Translations under genes and position numbers: made by a program
Notes under the pieces: model-generated
Told to the model about the DNA's origin: nothing
Database searches by the model: none
What the model saw: only the letters and a program-made list of their open reading frames with translations
Assembly: GCA_030390025.1 (NCBI GenBank)
Contig: CM059449.1
Coordinates: forward strand, 25,792,001 to 25,856,000
Source: Squalus acanthias
Taxonomy: Eukaryota
DNA: 64,000 bases
Reading direction: 5' to 3'
Shown: positions 39,101 to 51,211 of the stretch, one piece after another
Layout: each line of letters opens with the position of its first letter
Position numbering within the stretch: position 1 is the stretch's first letter

Positions 39101-39691
39101 GGATGTCTTGCTGCAGTTGTACAAGGCCTTGGTGAGACCACACCTTGAGTATTGTGTGTAGTTTTGGTCACCTTATCTGAGGAAGGATGTTCTTGCCATG
39201 GAGGGAGTGCAGCGAAGATTTACCAGACTGATACCTGGGATGGCAGGAATGACGCATGAAGAGAGATTGGGTCGATTAGGCTTATATTCGCTACAGTTTA
39301 GAAGAATCAGAGGGGATCTCATTGAAACTTATAAAATTCTAACAGGACTAGACAGACTAGATGCAGGAAGGATGTTCCCGATGGCAGGGAGTCCAGAACC
39401 AGAGGTCACAGTCTAAGGATAAGTGGTAAGCCATTTGGGACTGAGATGAGGAGGAATTTCTTCACCCAGAGAGTGGTGAACCTGTGGAATTCTCTACCAC
39501 AGAAGGCAGTTGAGGCCAATTCATTAAATATATTCAAGAAGGAGATAGATATATTTCTTAAGGCTAAAGGGATCAAAGGATATGGGGAGAAAGCAGGGAC
39601 AGGGTACTGAATTTGGATGATCAGCCATTATCTCATTAAATGGCGGAGCAGGCTCGAGGGGCCGAATGACCTACTCCTGCTCCCATCTTCC
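36189..39691 (+). mobile_element. CR1 LINE, duplicated copy in cassette 3
   Basis: Same junctions as cassettes 1 and 2; ORFs 36208-36627, 36787-37872, 38022-39161. Confidence 0.92.
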
Positions 39692-39945
39692 ATAGCTCCT
39701 TGTCGGCCGGCAGGGACACGATTGCCCCTAATTTTCGACGATTCCATGCTGCTCCTGGGGGATGTGATCAAACCCGGGCCTTTACCAGGACAGGAGCTGC
39801 GCCCTGCAGTCACTGGGGTACATTCCTGGCCGCTTAAGGAGGCTTAACACGCCTTTTTGGGCCCCACCCTTCCCGGCCATGGTCACAGGGCCCGCGGCGC
39901 AGCCATTCTCCGTTTATAACCCCATTCCCCACTTTAATTCCTCAC

Positions 39946-40012
39946 CTTCGAGATCGCAAGGCCGGAGCAGCAGGAGGACAAGCAGCACCCACAGGGGGAA
40001 CTGGTGCTCCAT
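39946..40012 (-). CDS. Signal-peptide exon 3: MEHQFPLWVLLVLLLLRPCDLE
   Basis: 67 nt from ATG to AAG|gtgagg; in frame with IgV exon 3. Confidence 0.82.
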
Positions 40013-40117
40013 CCGAAAGACAAACTAATCCGCGGTCACCACAGGCTCTCAGGACAAGGAAACCGGCATTGTGATGCGGAGCTTCTCCCGGCCGCGTCTC
40101 TCCTGGAGACCAGGTGT

Positions 40118-41437
40118 TGCTGAGTCTGACTGAGCTCACCTGGGCACAGGGGGCGGGGATTAGTCTGACTGAGCTCACAGGGGGCGGGGCTAAGTCTGAC
40201 TGAGCTCACCTGGACACAGGGGGCGGGGCTTAGTCTGACTGAGCTCACCTGGACACGGGGCGGGGCTCAGTCTGCCTGAGCTCACCTGGACACTGGGGGC
40301 GGGGTTGAGTCTGACTGAGCTCACCTGGACACAGGGGGCGGGGCTTAGTCTGACTGAGCTCACCTGGACACAGGGGGCGGGGCTTAGTCTGACTGAGCTC
40401 ACCTGGACACGGGGCGGGGCTTAGTCTGACTGAGCTCACCTGGTCACAGGGCAGGGCTTAGTCTGCCTGAGCTCACCTGGACACGGGGGGCGGGGCTTAG
40501 TCTGACTGAGCTCACCTGAACACGGGGCTGGGCTAAGTCTGACTGAGCTCACCTGGACACAGGGGGTGGGGCTTAGTCTAACTGAGCTCACCTGGACACA
40601 GGGCGGGGCTTAGTCTGCCTGAGCTCACCTGGACACTGGGGGCGGGGCTTAGTCTGACTGAGCTCACCTGGACACAGGGGGCAGGGCTTAGTCTGACTGA
40701 GCTCACCTGGACACGGGGCGGGGCTTAGTCTGCCTGAGCTCACCTGGACACAGGGGGCGGGGCTTAGTCTGACTGAGCTCACCTGGACACTGGGGGCGGG
40801 GCTTAGTCTGACTGAGCTCACCTGGACACAGGGGGCGGGCTTAGTCTGACTGAGCTCACCTGGACACTGGGGGCGGGGCTTAGTCTGACTGAGCTCACCT
40901 GGACACAGGGGGCGGGCTTAGTCTGACTGAGCTCACCTGGACACTGGGGGCGGGGCTTAGTCTGACTGAGCTCACCTGGGCACAGGCGGCGGGGCTTAGT
41001 CTGACTGAGCTCACCTGGGCACAGGGGGCGGGCTTAGTCTGACTGAGCTCACCTGGACACAGGGGGCGGGGCTTAGTCTGACTGAGCTCACCTGGACACA
41101 GGGGGTGGGGCTTAGTCTGACTGAGCTCACCTGGACACAGGGGGCGGGGCTTAGTCTGACTGAGCTCACCTGGGCACAGGGGGCGGTCTTAGTCTGACTG
41201 AGCTCACCTGGACACAGGGGGCGGGGCTTAGTCTGACTGAGCTCACCTGGACACAGGGGGCGGGGCTTAGTCTGACTGAGCTCACCTGGACACAGGGGGC
41301 GGGGCTTAGTCTGACTGAGCTCACCTGGACACAGGGGGCGGGGCTTAGTCTGACTGAGCTCACTTGGACACGGGGCTTCGTCTGACTGAGCTCCCCTGGG
41401 CACAGGGGGCGGGGCTTAGTCTGACTGAGCTCACTTG
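40118..41437. repeat. 39-bp GC-box array, cassette 3 (longest, >30 units)
   Basis: Tandem GGGGCGGGGCTTAGTCTGACTGAGCTCACCTGGACACAG. Confidence 0.9.
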
Positions 41438-41943
41438 GCCATCAGGAAGTCTTATTTAAAGGAAGGAGCTTTCGCGTAAACAACTGCAACTGTGTACAAG
41501 TATAGACAGTCTTCAAAAGATTTGGGAATAGATAAATCGGGGGCGGGGCTTGAAGTCTTATCTATAACACATATCTTTGATGTACAAAAGAGCATGGTTT
41601 TCAACAGGTCTTCAGAGGGCACGAAAGATAGAACTTCAAGCCGGAAAGCCACTCTCTTTTGTCTGGTTGAACTGATCATTCATACCAGTCATTAATAAAC
41701 TCTGTTCCATATTCTCATCTCCCCTCCCTTCCCATCTCCACTCCCCTGCCTCTCTCCCCTCCCCCCGCGTCTCGTCAGCCCCCGCCCCTCATCTCCCTTC
41801 TTCTCCCTCACCCCTCGTCTCCAACCCGCCCCGCATCTCTTCCCCCGCGCCTCCCCTCTTTCTTCCCCGCCCCCTCGTCTCCTGTCGTCCCTCCCATCCC
41901 CTCGTCTCCCTCTCAAAGTCTACAAAGTATTGAAAACACTTAC

Positions 41944-42249
41944 CAATGATCTGCAAATCTATTCTTGTTATCTTTTGTGCATCTATAGTGATGGAATAAA
42001 CTCCTTCATCGCTGGCTTTCAAATTGTTTACCCTCAGAGACCAATTGGATGTATTAAAATATAAACGAGATTTGAAATCTTCATTTGGTTTCACTTCATA
42101 GAGATTTTGTTTGTAATCCAAAATAGTAACAGCACTTTTGTTGCTTGCGGTGAACTCCCATAGTACTTCACTGTTGCTCAGATCAGCTCCATATTCAGGA
42201 TCCAGTAAAACTGATGAACCAACCACACCAAACACTACTTTCATTCCAG
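41944..42249 (-). CDS. IgV exon 4
   Basis: 306 nt, AG/GT intact, open; nearly identical to exon 3 (YKQN vs YKPN). Confidence 0.82.
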
Positions 42250-42384
42250 CTGATAGACATAAAAAAACAAATGCAATTAATTAAACTGTGGCAGTGAAAC
42301 ACTGAAATGCAGCAGCAAATGTGAAGAAAAATTGTATACATTGTGCCAGCAGATATGCTCGTGAGGATTTACAACACCAAAGTT

Positions 42385-44547
42385 AGGCTAGGATGGATTG
42401 GGGAGCGTTACTTAAAGGGTTGACGGTGGGTAGGCAATGGCAAACATTTAAAGATCGCATGGATGAACTGCAGAATTTGTTCATCCCTGTTTGGCATAAA
42501 AATAAAACAAAAAAGGTGACTCAACCGTGGCTAACAAGGGAAATTAGCATAAGATCCAAGGAGAGGACATATAAATTGGCCAGAAAAAGCAGCAAAGCTG
42601 AAGATTGGGAGCAGTTTAGGATTCAGCAAAGGAGGGGAAAGGGATTAATTAAGAGGGGGAAAAAAGAATATGAGAGTAAGCTTGCAGGGAACATAAAAAC
42701 TGACTGTAAAAGCTTCTGTAGATATGTGAAGAGAAAAGGATTGGTGAAGTCAAGCGTAGGTCCCTTGCAGTCAGAATCAGGGGAATTTATAATGGGGAAC
42801 AAAGAAATGGCAGACCAATTAAATACATACTTTGGTTCTGTCTTCACAAAGGAGGACACAAATAAACTCCAAGATGTCCGGGAACATCGGGGCTAATGAG
42901 AGGGAGGAATTGAATGAAATCAGTATTTGTAGGGAAATGGTGTTAGGGAAAATGACGGGACTGAAGGCCGGTAAATCCCCAGGACCTGATAATCTACATC
43001 CTAGGGTACTTAAGGAAGTGGCCCTAGAAATAGTAGATGCATTGCTGGTCATCTTTCAAAATTCTATAGACTCTGGAACAGTTCCCATGGATTGGAGGGT
43101 AGCTAATGTAACCGCACTATTTAAAAAAGGTGGTAGAGAGAAAACGGGGAATTATAGACCAGTAAGCCTGACATCGGTAGTGGGCAAAATGCTAGAGTCC
43201 ATTATAAAAGATGTAATAGCAGAGCACTTGGAAAACAGTGACAGGATCGGACAAAGTCAACATGGATTTACAAAAGGTAAATCATGCCTGACTAATCTAC
43301 TGGAATTTTTTGAGGATGTAACTGGTAGAATAGATAAGGGAGAATCAGTGGATGTGGTGTATTTGGACTTTCAGAAGGCTTTCGATAAGGTCCCGCATAA
43401 GAGATTAGCGTGCAAAGTTAAAGCACATGGGATTGGGGGTAAGGTACTGATTTGGATAGAGAACTGGTTGGCAGACAGGAAGCAAAGAGTTGGAATAAAC
43501 GGGTCTTTGTCCGAGTGGCAGGCAGTGACTAGTGGGGTACCGCAGGGATCGGTGCTCGGACCCTAGCTATTCACAATATATATTAATGATCTAGACGAGG
43601 AAACTAGATGTAATATCTCCAAGTTTGCAGATGACACAAAGCTGGGTGGGCGTGTGTGCTGTGAGGAGGATGCAGAGAAACTCCAGTATGATTTGGACAG
43701 GTTGGGTGATTGGGCAGATGCATGGCAGATGCAGTATAATGTGGATAAATGCGAGGTTAGCCACTTTGGTGGCAAAAACAGGAAGACAGATTATTATCTG
43801 AACGGCAATAGATTGGGAAAAGGGGAAGTGCAACGACATCTGGGAGTCCTTGTGCACCAGTCGCTGAAGGTAAGCACGCAGGTGCAGCAGGCGTTTAAGG
43901 CGGCAAATGGTATGTTGGCCTTCATAGAGAGAGGAATCGAGTACAGGAACAAGGATGTCTTGCTGCAGTTGTACAAGGCCTTGGTGAGACCACACCTTGA
44001 GTATTGTGTGCAGGTCGCCTTAGCTGAGGAAGGACGTTCTTGCCATGGAGGGAGTGCAGCGAAGATTTACCAGACTGATACCTGGGATGGCAGGAATGAC
44101 GTATGAAGAGAGATTGGGTCGATTAGGCTTATATTCGCTAGAGTTTAGAAGAATGAGAGGGGATCTCATTGAAACTTATAAAATTCTAACAGGTCTAGAC
44201 AGACTAGATGCAGGAAGGATGTTCCCGATGGCGGGGGAGACCAGAACCAGAGGTCACAGTCTTAGGATAAGGGGTAAGCCATTTAGGACTGAGATGAGGA
44301 GGAATTTCTTCACCCAGAGAGTGGTGAACCTGTGGAATTCTCTACCACAGAAGGCAGTTGAGGCCAATTCATTAAATATATTCAAGAAGGAGATAGATAT
44401 ATTTCTTAAGGCTGAAGGGATCAAGGGATATGGGGAGAAAGCAGGGACAGGGTACTGAATTTGGATGATCAGTCATGATCTCATTAAATGGCGGAGCAGG
44501 CTCGAGCGGCCGAATGGCCTACTCCTGCTCCTATCTTCTACGCTTCT
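42385..44547 (+). mobile_element. 5'-truncated CR1 at a cassette-4-specific site
   Basis: AAGTT TSD (42380-42384 and 44548-44552); RT ORFs with stop and frameshifts. Confidence 0.9.
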
Positions 44548-44819
44548 AAGTTCTGATTGGTCCCCTTGAAGGACATGACACACCCAGCAATTTGTTTGGA
44601 ATGAGTAGTTAGAAACTGCCTGCCTGAGTAACCAAGTACTTTGCAACGTGTAACTTGAGCCATTCATTCTGACTGCCAGGCTCCAGACGCAGCTCACAGC
44701 ACTGCTTTCAGAGAACAGACAGAGCTCACACTCGCGGGTTAGGAGCTTCTCCCCGTCCCCCAGTTCCTGAGCTTCCCCCACACCCCGAACAAGTTCCTGA
44801 TCTTTCCCCTCTCCAACAA

Positions 44820-45440
44820 GATCCTGACTTCTCTTTTCCCACCCCGGGGCCCTTACCTTCATCTCCCCCACCAGCCCAGGGCCCTGCCCTTCTACTCCCT
44901 CACCCCAAGGCCCCGACCTTCTCCCCCCTACCACACAAATCCGGTGCCCTGACCTTCTCTCCCATCCCCTGACCTTCACCTTTCACCACCCCCCACCCGC
45001 CCCAAATCCCGGGGCCCTGACCTTCTCTCTCACCCGCCCATCCTCCCAGAGACCTGAACTTCTACTCCACCAGCCCTGACTTTCTCTCTTCTCCCCACTA
45101 CCCCACTCCAACCCAGGGCCCTGACATTCTCTCTTCTTCCCAGCACCCACTAAACCCCGGAGCCCTGACCATCTCTCTCTCCCCCACACCCCCAAGCCCT
45201 GACTGTCTCCCCTCCTCACTACCCTATGGTCCTGACCTCCACCACCACCCCAGGACCCTGACCTTCTCCCCTCCTCACTTGCCTATGGTCCTGGCCTCCA
45301 CCACCACCCCAGGACCCTGACCTTCTCTCTTCTCCCCACCACCCCACTCCACCCCAAGGCCCTGACTTTCTCTCTTCTCCCCACCGTCCCACTCCACCCT
45401 GGGAACCTAACTTTCTCTCTTCCCCACCCCGAGTTACTGA
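44820..45440. repeat. C-rich degenerate minisatellite, cassette 4
   Basis: CCCTGAC(C/T)TTCTC motifs. Confidence 0.7.
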
Positions 45441-45727
45441 CCTTCTTGCAACCCTTACCCCTGGAAAGTTGGATTAGACTGGATAGCTCCTTGTCGGCCG
45501 GCACGGACACGATGGGCCGTAAATTTCGACGATTCTATGCTGCTCCTGGGGGATGTGACCAAACCCGGGCCTTCCCCAGGGCAGGAGCAGCGCCCCTGGG
45601 GGACATTCCCGGCCGCTGCAGGGAGCTCCAGGCGCCATTTTGGGCCCACCTTTCCCGGCCGCGGTCACAGAGCCTGCGGCGCAGCCGTTCTCCGTTTATA
45701 ACCCCGTTCCCCACTTTAGTTCCTCAC

Positions 45728-45794
45728 CTTCGGGATCGCAAGGCCGGAGCAGCAGGAGGACGACCAGCACCCACAGGGGGAACTGGCGCTCCAT
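45728..45794 (-). CDS. Signal-peptide exon 4: MERQFPLWVLVVLLLLRPCDPE
   Basis: 67 nt from ATG to AAG|gtgagg; in frame with IgV exon 4. Confidence 0.82.
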
Positions 45795-45883
45795 CCGAAA
45801 GACAAACTACTCCGCGGTCACCACAGGCTCTCAGGAAACGGAATGCGGCAGTTTGATGCGGAGCTTCTCCTGGAGACCCGATG

Positions 45884-46277
45884 TTGCTGAGTCTGAATGA
45901 GCTCACCTGGGCACAGGGGGCGGGGCTTAGTCTGACTGAGCTCACCTGGGCACAGGGGGCGGGGCTTAGTCTGAATGAGCTCACCTGGGCACAGGGGGCG
46001 GGGCTTAGTCTGAATGAGCTCACCTGGGCACAGGGGGCGGGGCTTAGTCTGAATGAGCTCACCTGGGCACAGGGGGCGGGGCTTAGTCTGACTGAGCTCA
46101 CCTGGGCACAGGGGGCGGGTCTTAGTCTGACTGAGCTCACCTGGGCACAGGGGGCGGGGCTTAGTCTGACTGACAGCACTGAATATAGGGGCGGTGCTTA
46201 ATCTGACAGCCCTCCTGGACACAGGGGGCGGGTCTTAGTCTGACTGACAGCACTGAACACGGGGGCGGGGCCTAGTC
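45884..46277. repeat. 39-bp GC-box array, cassette 4 (remnant units continue at 50620-50700)
   Basis: About 10 units; two more GGGGCGGGGCTTAGT units lie beyond the inserted CR1. Confidence 0.85.
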
Positions 46278-49200
46278 ATAGATTCATAGAGTCATGACGG
46301 CACAGAGGAGGCCATTCGGCCCATCGAGTCCGTGCCAGCTCTCTGTCGAGCAATCCAGTCAGTTCCATTACCCCGCTCTATCCCCGTAGCCCTGCAAGTT
46401 TATTTCCCTCAAGTGCCTATCCAGTCTCCCCTTGAAAACATTGAGTGTCGCCGCTTCCACCACTTCCGTCCTCAGCGAATTCCAGGTCATCACCACTCGC
46501 TGTGTAAAAAAGTTTTTCCTCACATCCCCCCTGTATCTCTTGCCCTAAACCTTAAATCTGCGTCCCCTAGTCCTTGTACCATCAACTAGTGGGAACAGCC
46601 TTTCCCCGTCTAGCCTATCCAAACCCGTCATAATCTTGTACACCTCTATCAAATTACCCCTCAACCTCCTTTGCTTTAATGAAAACAAATCCAGCTTCTC
46701 CAACCTGTCCTTGTAGGTAAGATCCCCCATCCCCGGAACCATTCTGGTAAATCTCCTTTGCACCCTCTCAAGAGCCTTCACATCCTTCCTAAAGTGTGGT
46801 AACCAGAATTGGATGCAATACTCCAGTTGTGGCCGAAGCATCGCTTTATAAAGGTTCAGCATGACTTCACTACTTTTGTATTCAACACCACTATTTATGA
46901 AGCCCAAGATCCCATATGCTTTGTTAACCACTCTCTCAATATGTCCTGCCACCTTCAGGGACCTATGCACATTATATCCCAGGTCCCTCTGTTCCTGCAT
47001 ATTCTTTAAAACTGTGCCATAAAGTGTATATTGCCTCTCCCTGTTCCTCCTGCCAAAATGCATCACCTCACACTTCTCTGTATTAAATACCATCTGCCAC
47101 TTGTCTGCCCATTCTGCCAGCCTAGCTATGTCCTGTTGCAGTCGATTGATATCATCCTCACTGTTTGCCACCCCCCCCCCCCCCCTGAGTTTGGTGTCAT
47201 CGGCATATTTTGAAATTCTACTCTGTATTCCAACATCCAGGTCATTTCTATATATCAAAAAGCAGTGGCCCCAGCACTGACCCTTGTGGAACACCACTGT
47301 CTACCATCCTCCAGTCTGAGAAACAGCCATTTACCACAACTCGCTGTTTTCTGTCCTTAAGCCAATTCCTTATCCAAGCTGCCACTGATCCACCTATTCC
47401 ATGAGCCTCAATTTTGTTAACCAGCCTTCTATGTGGTACTTTGTCAAACGCCTTCCGAAAATCCATGTAGACAACATCCATTGCATTCCCTTCATCAATA
47501 CTCTCTGTTACTTCATCAAAAAATTCAATTAGATTAGTCAAACACGATCTTCCTTTTATAAAGACATGTTGGCTCTCCTTAATTAGCTTAAACCTCTCCA
47601 AATGCCCGTTAATTTTTTCCTTGACTATTGTTTCTAAAACTTTACCCACCACTGATGTTAAACTGACCAGCCTGTAGTTACTAGGATTGTCTTTACACCC
47701 TTTCTTGAACAATGATGTCACACTTGCCACTTTCCAATCTTCAGGCACCTCCCTGGCATCTAGGAAAGATTGGAAAATTATGGCAAGCTCTTCCACTATC
47801 TCCTCCTCAAATTCCCTTAACAACCTGGGATGCAAGCCATCTGGACTAGGCAACTTATCCACTCTAAGCATACCCAGTTGTTCTAGTACATCCTGTCTAT
47901 CAATTTTCACCCCTTCCATTGCTTCTACCTTTTCCACTTCTACCGATATTTTGTCAGCATCCACATCCATAGTGAACACCGTATACAAAGTACTCATTGA
48001 GTATTCTAGACTTGCCCTGCGCCTCTAAGCATATATCAGCTTCTTTGTCTCTAATCGGCCCCACCCCGCCTCTTACTACCCGCTTACTGTTTACATGCTG
48101 GTGGAAGATTTTTGTGTTCCCTTTTATGCTAACTGCCATTCTACTCTCATATTCTCTCTCTGCCAATCTTATTTTCATCTTCACATCCCCTGTCAACTTA
48201 TTGTATTTGGTCTGGTTCTCCCTTGAAGAATTCACTTGACATGCATCATAGATACTCTTTTTTTGTTTCATCATCTTCTCTATCTCCCTCATCATCCAAG
48301 GAGCCCTTGCTTTGATTCCCTTACCCTTCCCTCTTGTTGGAATGTACCTAGTCTGTACTTGGAACATTGCCTCCTTAAAGATCACCCATTGTTCCATTAC
48401 AGTTTTTCCTGTCAGTCTTTGGTTCCATTTTACCCTGGCTAGATCCTTTTGCATCCCATTGAAGTTAGCCCTATTCCAGTTTAGAAGTTCCACTCTAGAT
48501 TGTTCCTTGCTCCTCTCCATTGCTAATCTAAATCTTATGATACAATGATCACTCGTACCCAAGTGTTCTCCCACAGACACTTGGTCAACCTGGCCCACTT
48601 CATTCCCCAGCACTAGTTGGGCCAAGCACATATTGGTCAAGAAAATTCTCCTGAACACATTTCAGAAATTCCTCCCCCTCCTTTCCCTTTACCCTAGCAT
48701 TATCCCAATCGATATTTGGGTTATTAAAGTCCCCCAATATCACCACTCTATATCTCTTGCATATCTCTGCAATTTTTCTGCAGATTTGCTCCTCTACCTC
48801 CCTCTCACTATTTGGAGGCCTATAGAATACCCCCAATAGCGTGATCTTACCCTTTTTGCTCCTCAACTCTAACCAAATGGATTCTGTCCTTGTCCCCTCA
48901 AGAACATCCTCCCTTTCCAACACTACAATGTCTTCGTTAATCAGCACTGCCACCCCACCTCCCCTTTTTCCTTCCCTATCTTTTCTGAACACCTTGTACC
49001 CTTGAATATTAAGTGCCCGGTCCTCACAGTTTTTAAGCCACATTTCCGTTGTTGCCAGAACATCATATTGTGCTTGTAGCTCACCAACCTTATTCACCAC
49101 ACTTTGTGCTTTTACGTACATGCATTCTAAACCCGTTTTTGAATTTTTCGTAGTCTTTCTTAGTCTGCTCCTATCTAATATGGTACTACTACCGCCTCGA

Positions 49201-50620
49201 GTACTATCTTCTCTAGTAATATCCAACACTCTCACTCTTTTATGCACCTTATACCTCTTTTCTACTCCTATATGCTGGTGCCCATCCCCCTGCCAAGTTA
49301 GTTTAACCCCCCCACCTCCCCCCCCCCCACAGCACTAACAAACCTCCCCGTGAGAATATTCATCGTGGCTTTGTTGAGGTGTAACCCTGTCCGGATTGTA
49401 CAGGTCCCACCTTCCCCAGAAAAGTTCCCAATGCCTCAGGAATCTAAAGCCCTCCCTCCTGCACCATCTCTCCAGCCATGCATTCAACTGTTCTATCCTC
49501 CTATTCCTGTACTCACTAGCACGTGGCACCGGGTGTAATCCGGAGATTACTACCTTTGAGGTCTTGCTTTTTAATCTCTCTCCTAGCTCCCTAAAGTCTG
49601 CCTGCAGGACCACATCCCTCTTTCTGCCTATGTCGTTGGTACCGATATGGACAACGACCTTTAGCTGTTCACCCTCCCCCGTCAGAGTGTCCTGCAGCCG
49701 CTCAGTGATATCCTTGACCCTGGCACCAGGGAGGCAACATACCATCCTGGAGTCACGTCTATGGCCGCAGAAACACCTGTCTGCTCCCCTAACTATCGAA
49801 TCCCCTACCACTATTGCTCTTCCACTCTTTTTCCTCCCCGCCCCCCCCCCCCCATGCAGCTGAGCCACCCGTGGTGCCGTAGACTTGACTCTGGCTGCAC
49901 TCCCCAGAGGAACCATCGCCGTCACCAGTACTCAGAACAGAATACTGGTTGGAGAGCGCGATGCAGTCCGGGGACTCCTGCACTACCTGCCTGGTCCTCC
50001 TCTTCTGTCAGGCGGTCACCCATTCACTCTCTGCCTGCATACTCTTAAGCTGCGGGGTGACCACCTCTAGAAACGTGCTATCCACGTAACTCTCAGCCTC
50101 GCGGATGCACCGCAGTGACTCCAGCCGATGCTCAAGCTCCGAAACCCGGAGCTTGAGTTGCTGTAGCTGGCGACACTTCCTGCACATGTGGTCGCCTAGG
50201 CTACGTGAAGCATCCAGGACTTCCGACATGGAAAGGATGTGCACTCCATGGGACTGAGCTGCCCTGCCATGCCTCTATTTAATAGACTAAGAACTAACCC
50301 AGCAGAAACAAACTTAAAATTAAAAAACACTCCCCAACTACTCACCAATCAGCTCTTTCCTTCTATTTAATAGGCTATTATCCAACTTAGCAGAAATAAA
50401 CTTAAACTTTAAAAAAATACACTCACCAGCTACTCACCAATCAGATCCTTCCCTTGTGCCGATGTCACTTTTTTTACTCAGACGTCACCTTTTCAAAAAC
50501 TGCCTCTGTTGAGTTGCTGCTGCTCTTTGTAACTGCTCCGCGCTCAGGCACCTGCGGCTCGAGAATGCTTCTTTTAACTGCTCCACTCTTGCTGTGCTCC
50601 CTCCAGGTCCACTCCTTCCG
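46278..50620 (-). mobile_element. Near full-length degenerate CR1 LINE (5'UTR, ORF1 zinc-finger/esterase, ORF2 EN-RT)
   Basis: ORF1 pieces CRKC..QL and IVVGDSIVRG..VHIGTND; EN ILGDFN; [12 protein letters not shown] and YADD; 3' tail CTATGAATCTATG. Confidence 0.9.
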
Positions 50621-50789
50621 GTCTCACTGACAGTCACAAGGGGCGGGGCTTAGTCTGACTGACAGCTCGGAACATGGGGGCGGGGCTTAGTTTGACCGAT
50701 AACCTGAGAATTTGCTTTCAGGTGTTCAGTGCTGACTTGAGTTTTAGGGAGTAATTTTAATCTAATTCGCTGGGCAGGAATCCCAGCCG

Positions 50790-51020
50790 TCTAGGCCCTA
50801 AGCTCAGGAATTCCCTCCCTAAACCTCTCCACCTCTCTACCTCTCTCTCCTCCTTTAAGACGCTCCATAAAAACACCTCTTTGACCAAGCTTTTGGTCCT
50901 CTGTCCTAATATCTCCTTACGTGGCTCTGTGTCATATGTTGTTTGATAACGCTCCTGAGAAGCACCTTGGGATGTTTTACTGCATTAAAGGCGCTATATA
51001 AATGCAAGTTGTTGTTGTTT
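50790..51020 (+). mobile_element. L2-type 3' tail
   Basis: Matches 5250-5465; ends AAAGGCGCTATATAAATGCAAG(TTG)n. Confidence 0.6.
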
Positions 51021-51211
51021 ATTCTCGGTGTGGGGATAATACTGGAATTTATGCTCAACCAGGCTGTTTGAGGAGCAAATGAAAACAGCTGGGTACTTCT
51101 TAGGCTAAGTGTCAACAGGCAAGTGAGGCCGGTACTGTGGGTCAGCAATGAGCCCAATTTGCTCTCTCTCAACTCTCCCTTCTTTCTCAAGCCTTCTTTC
51201 TAGTTCTGTTG

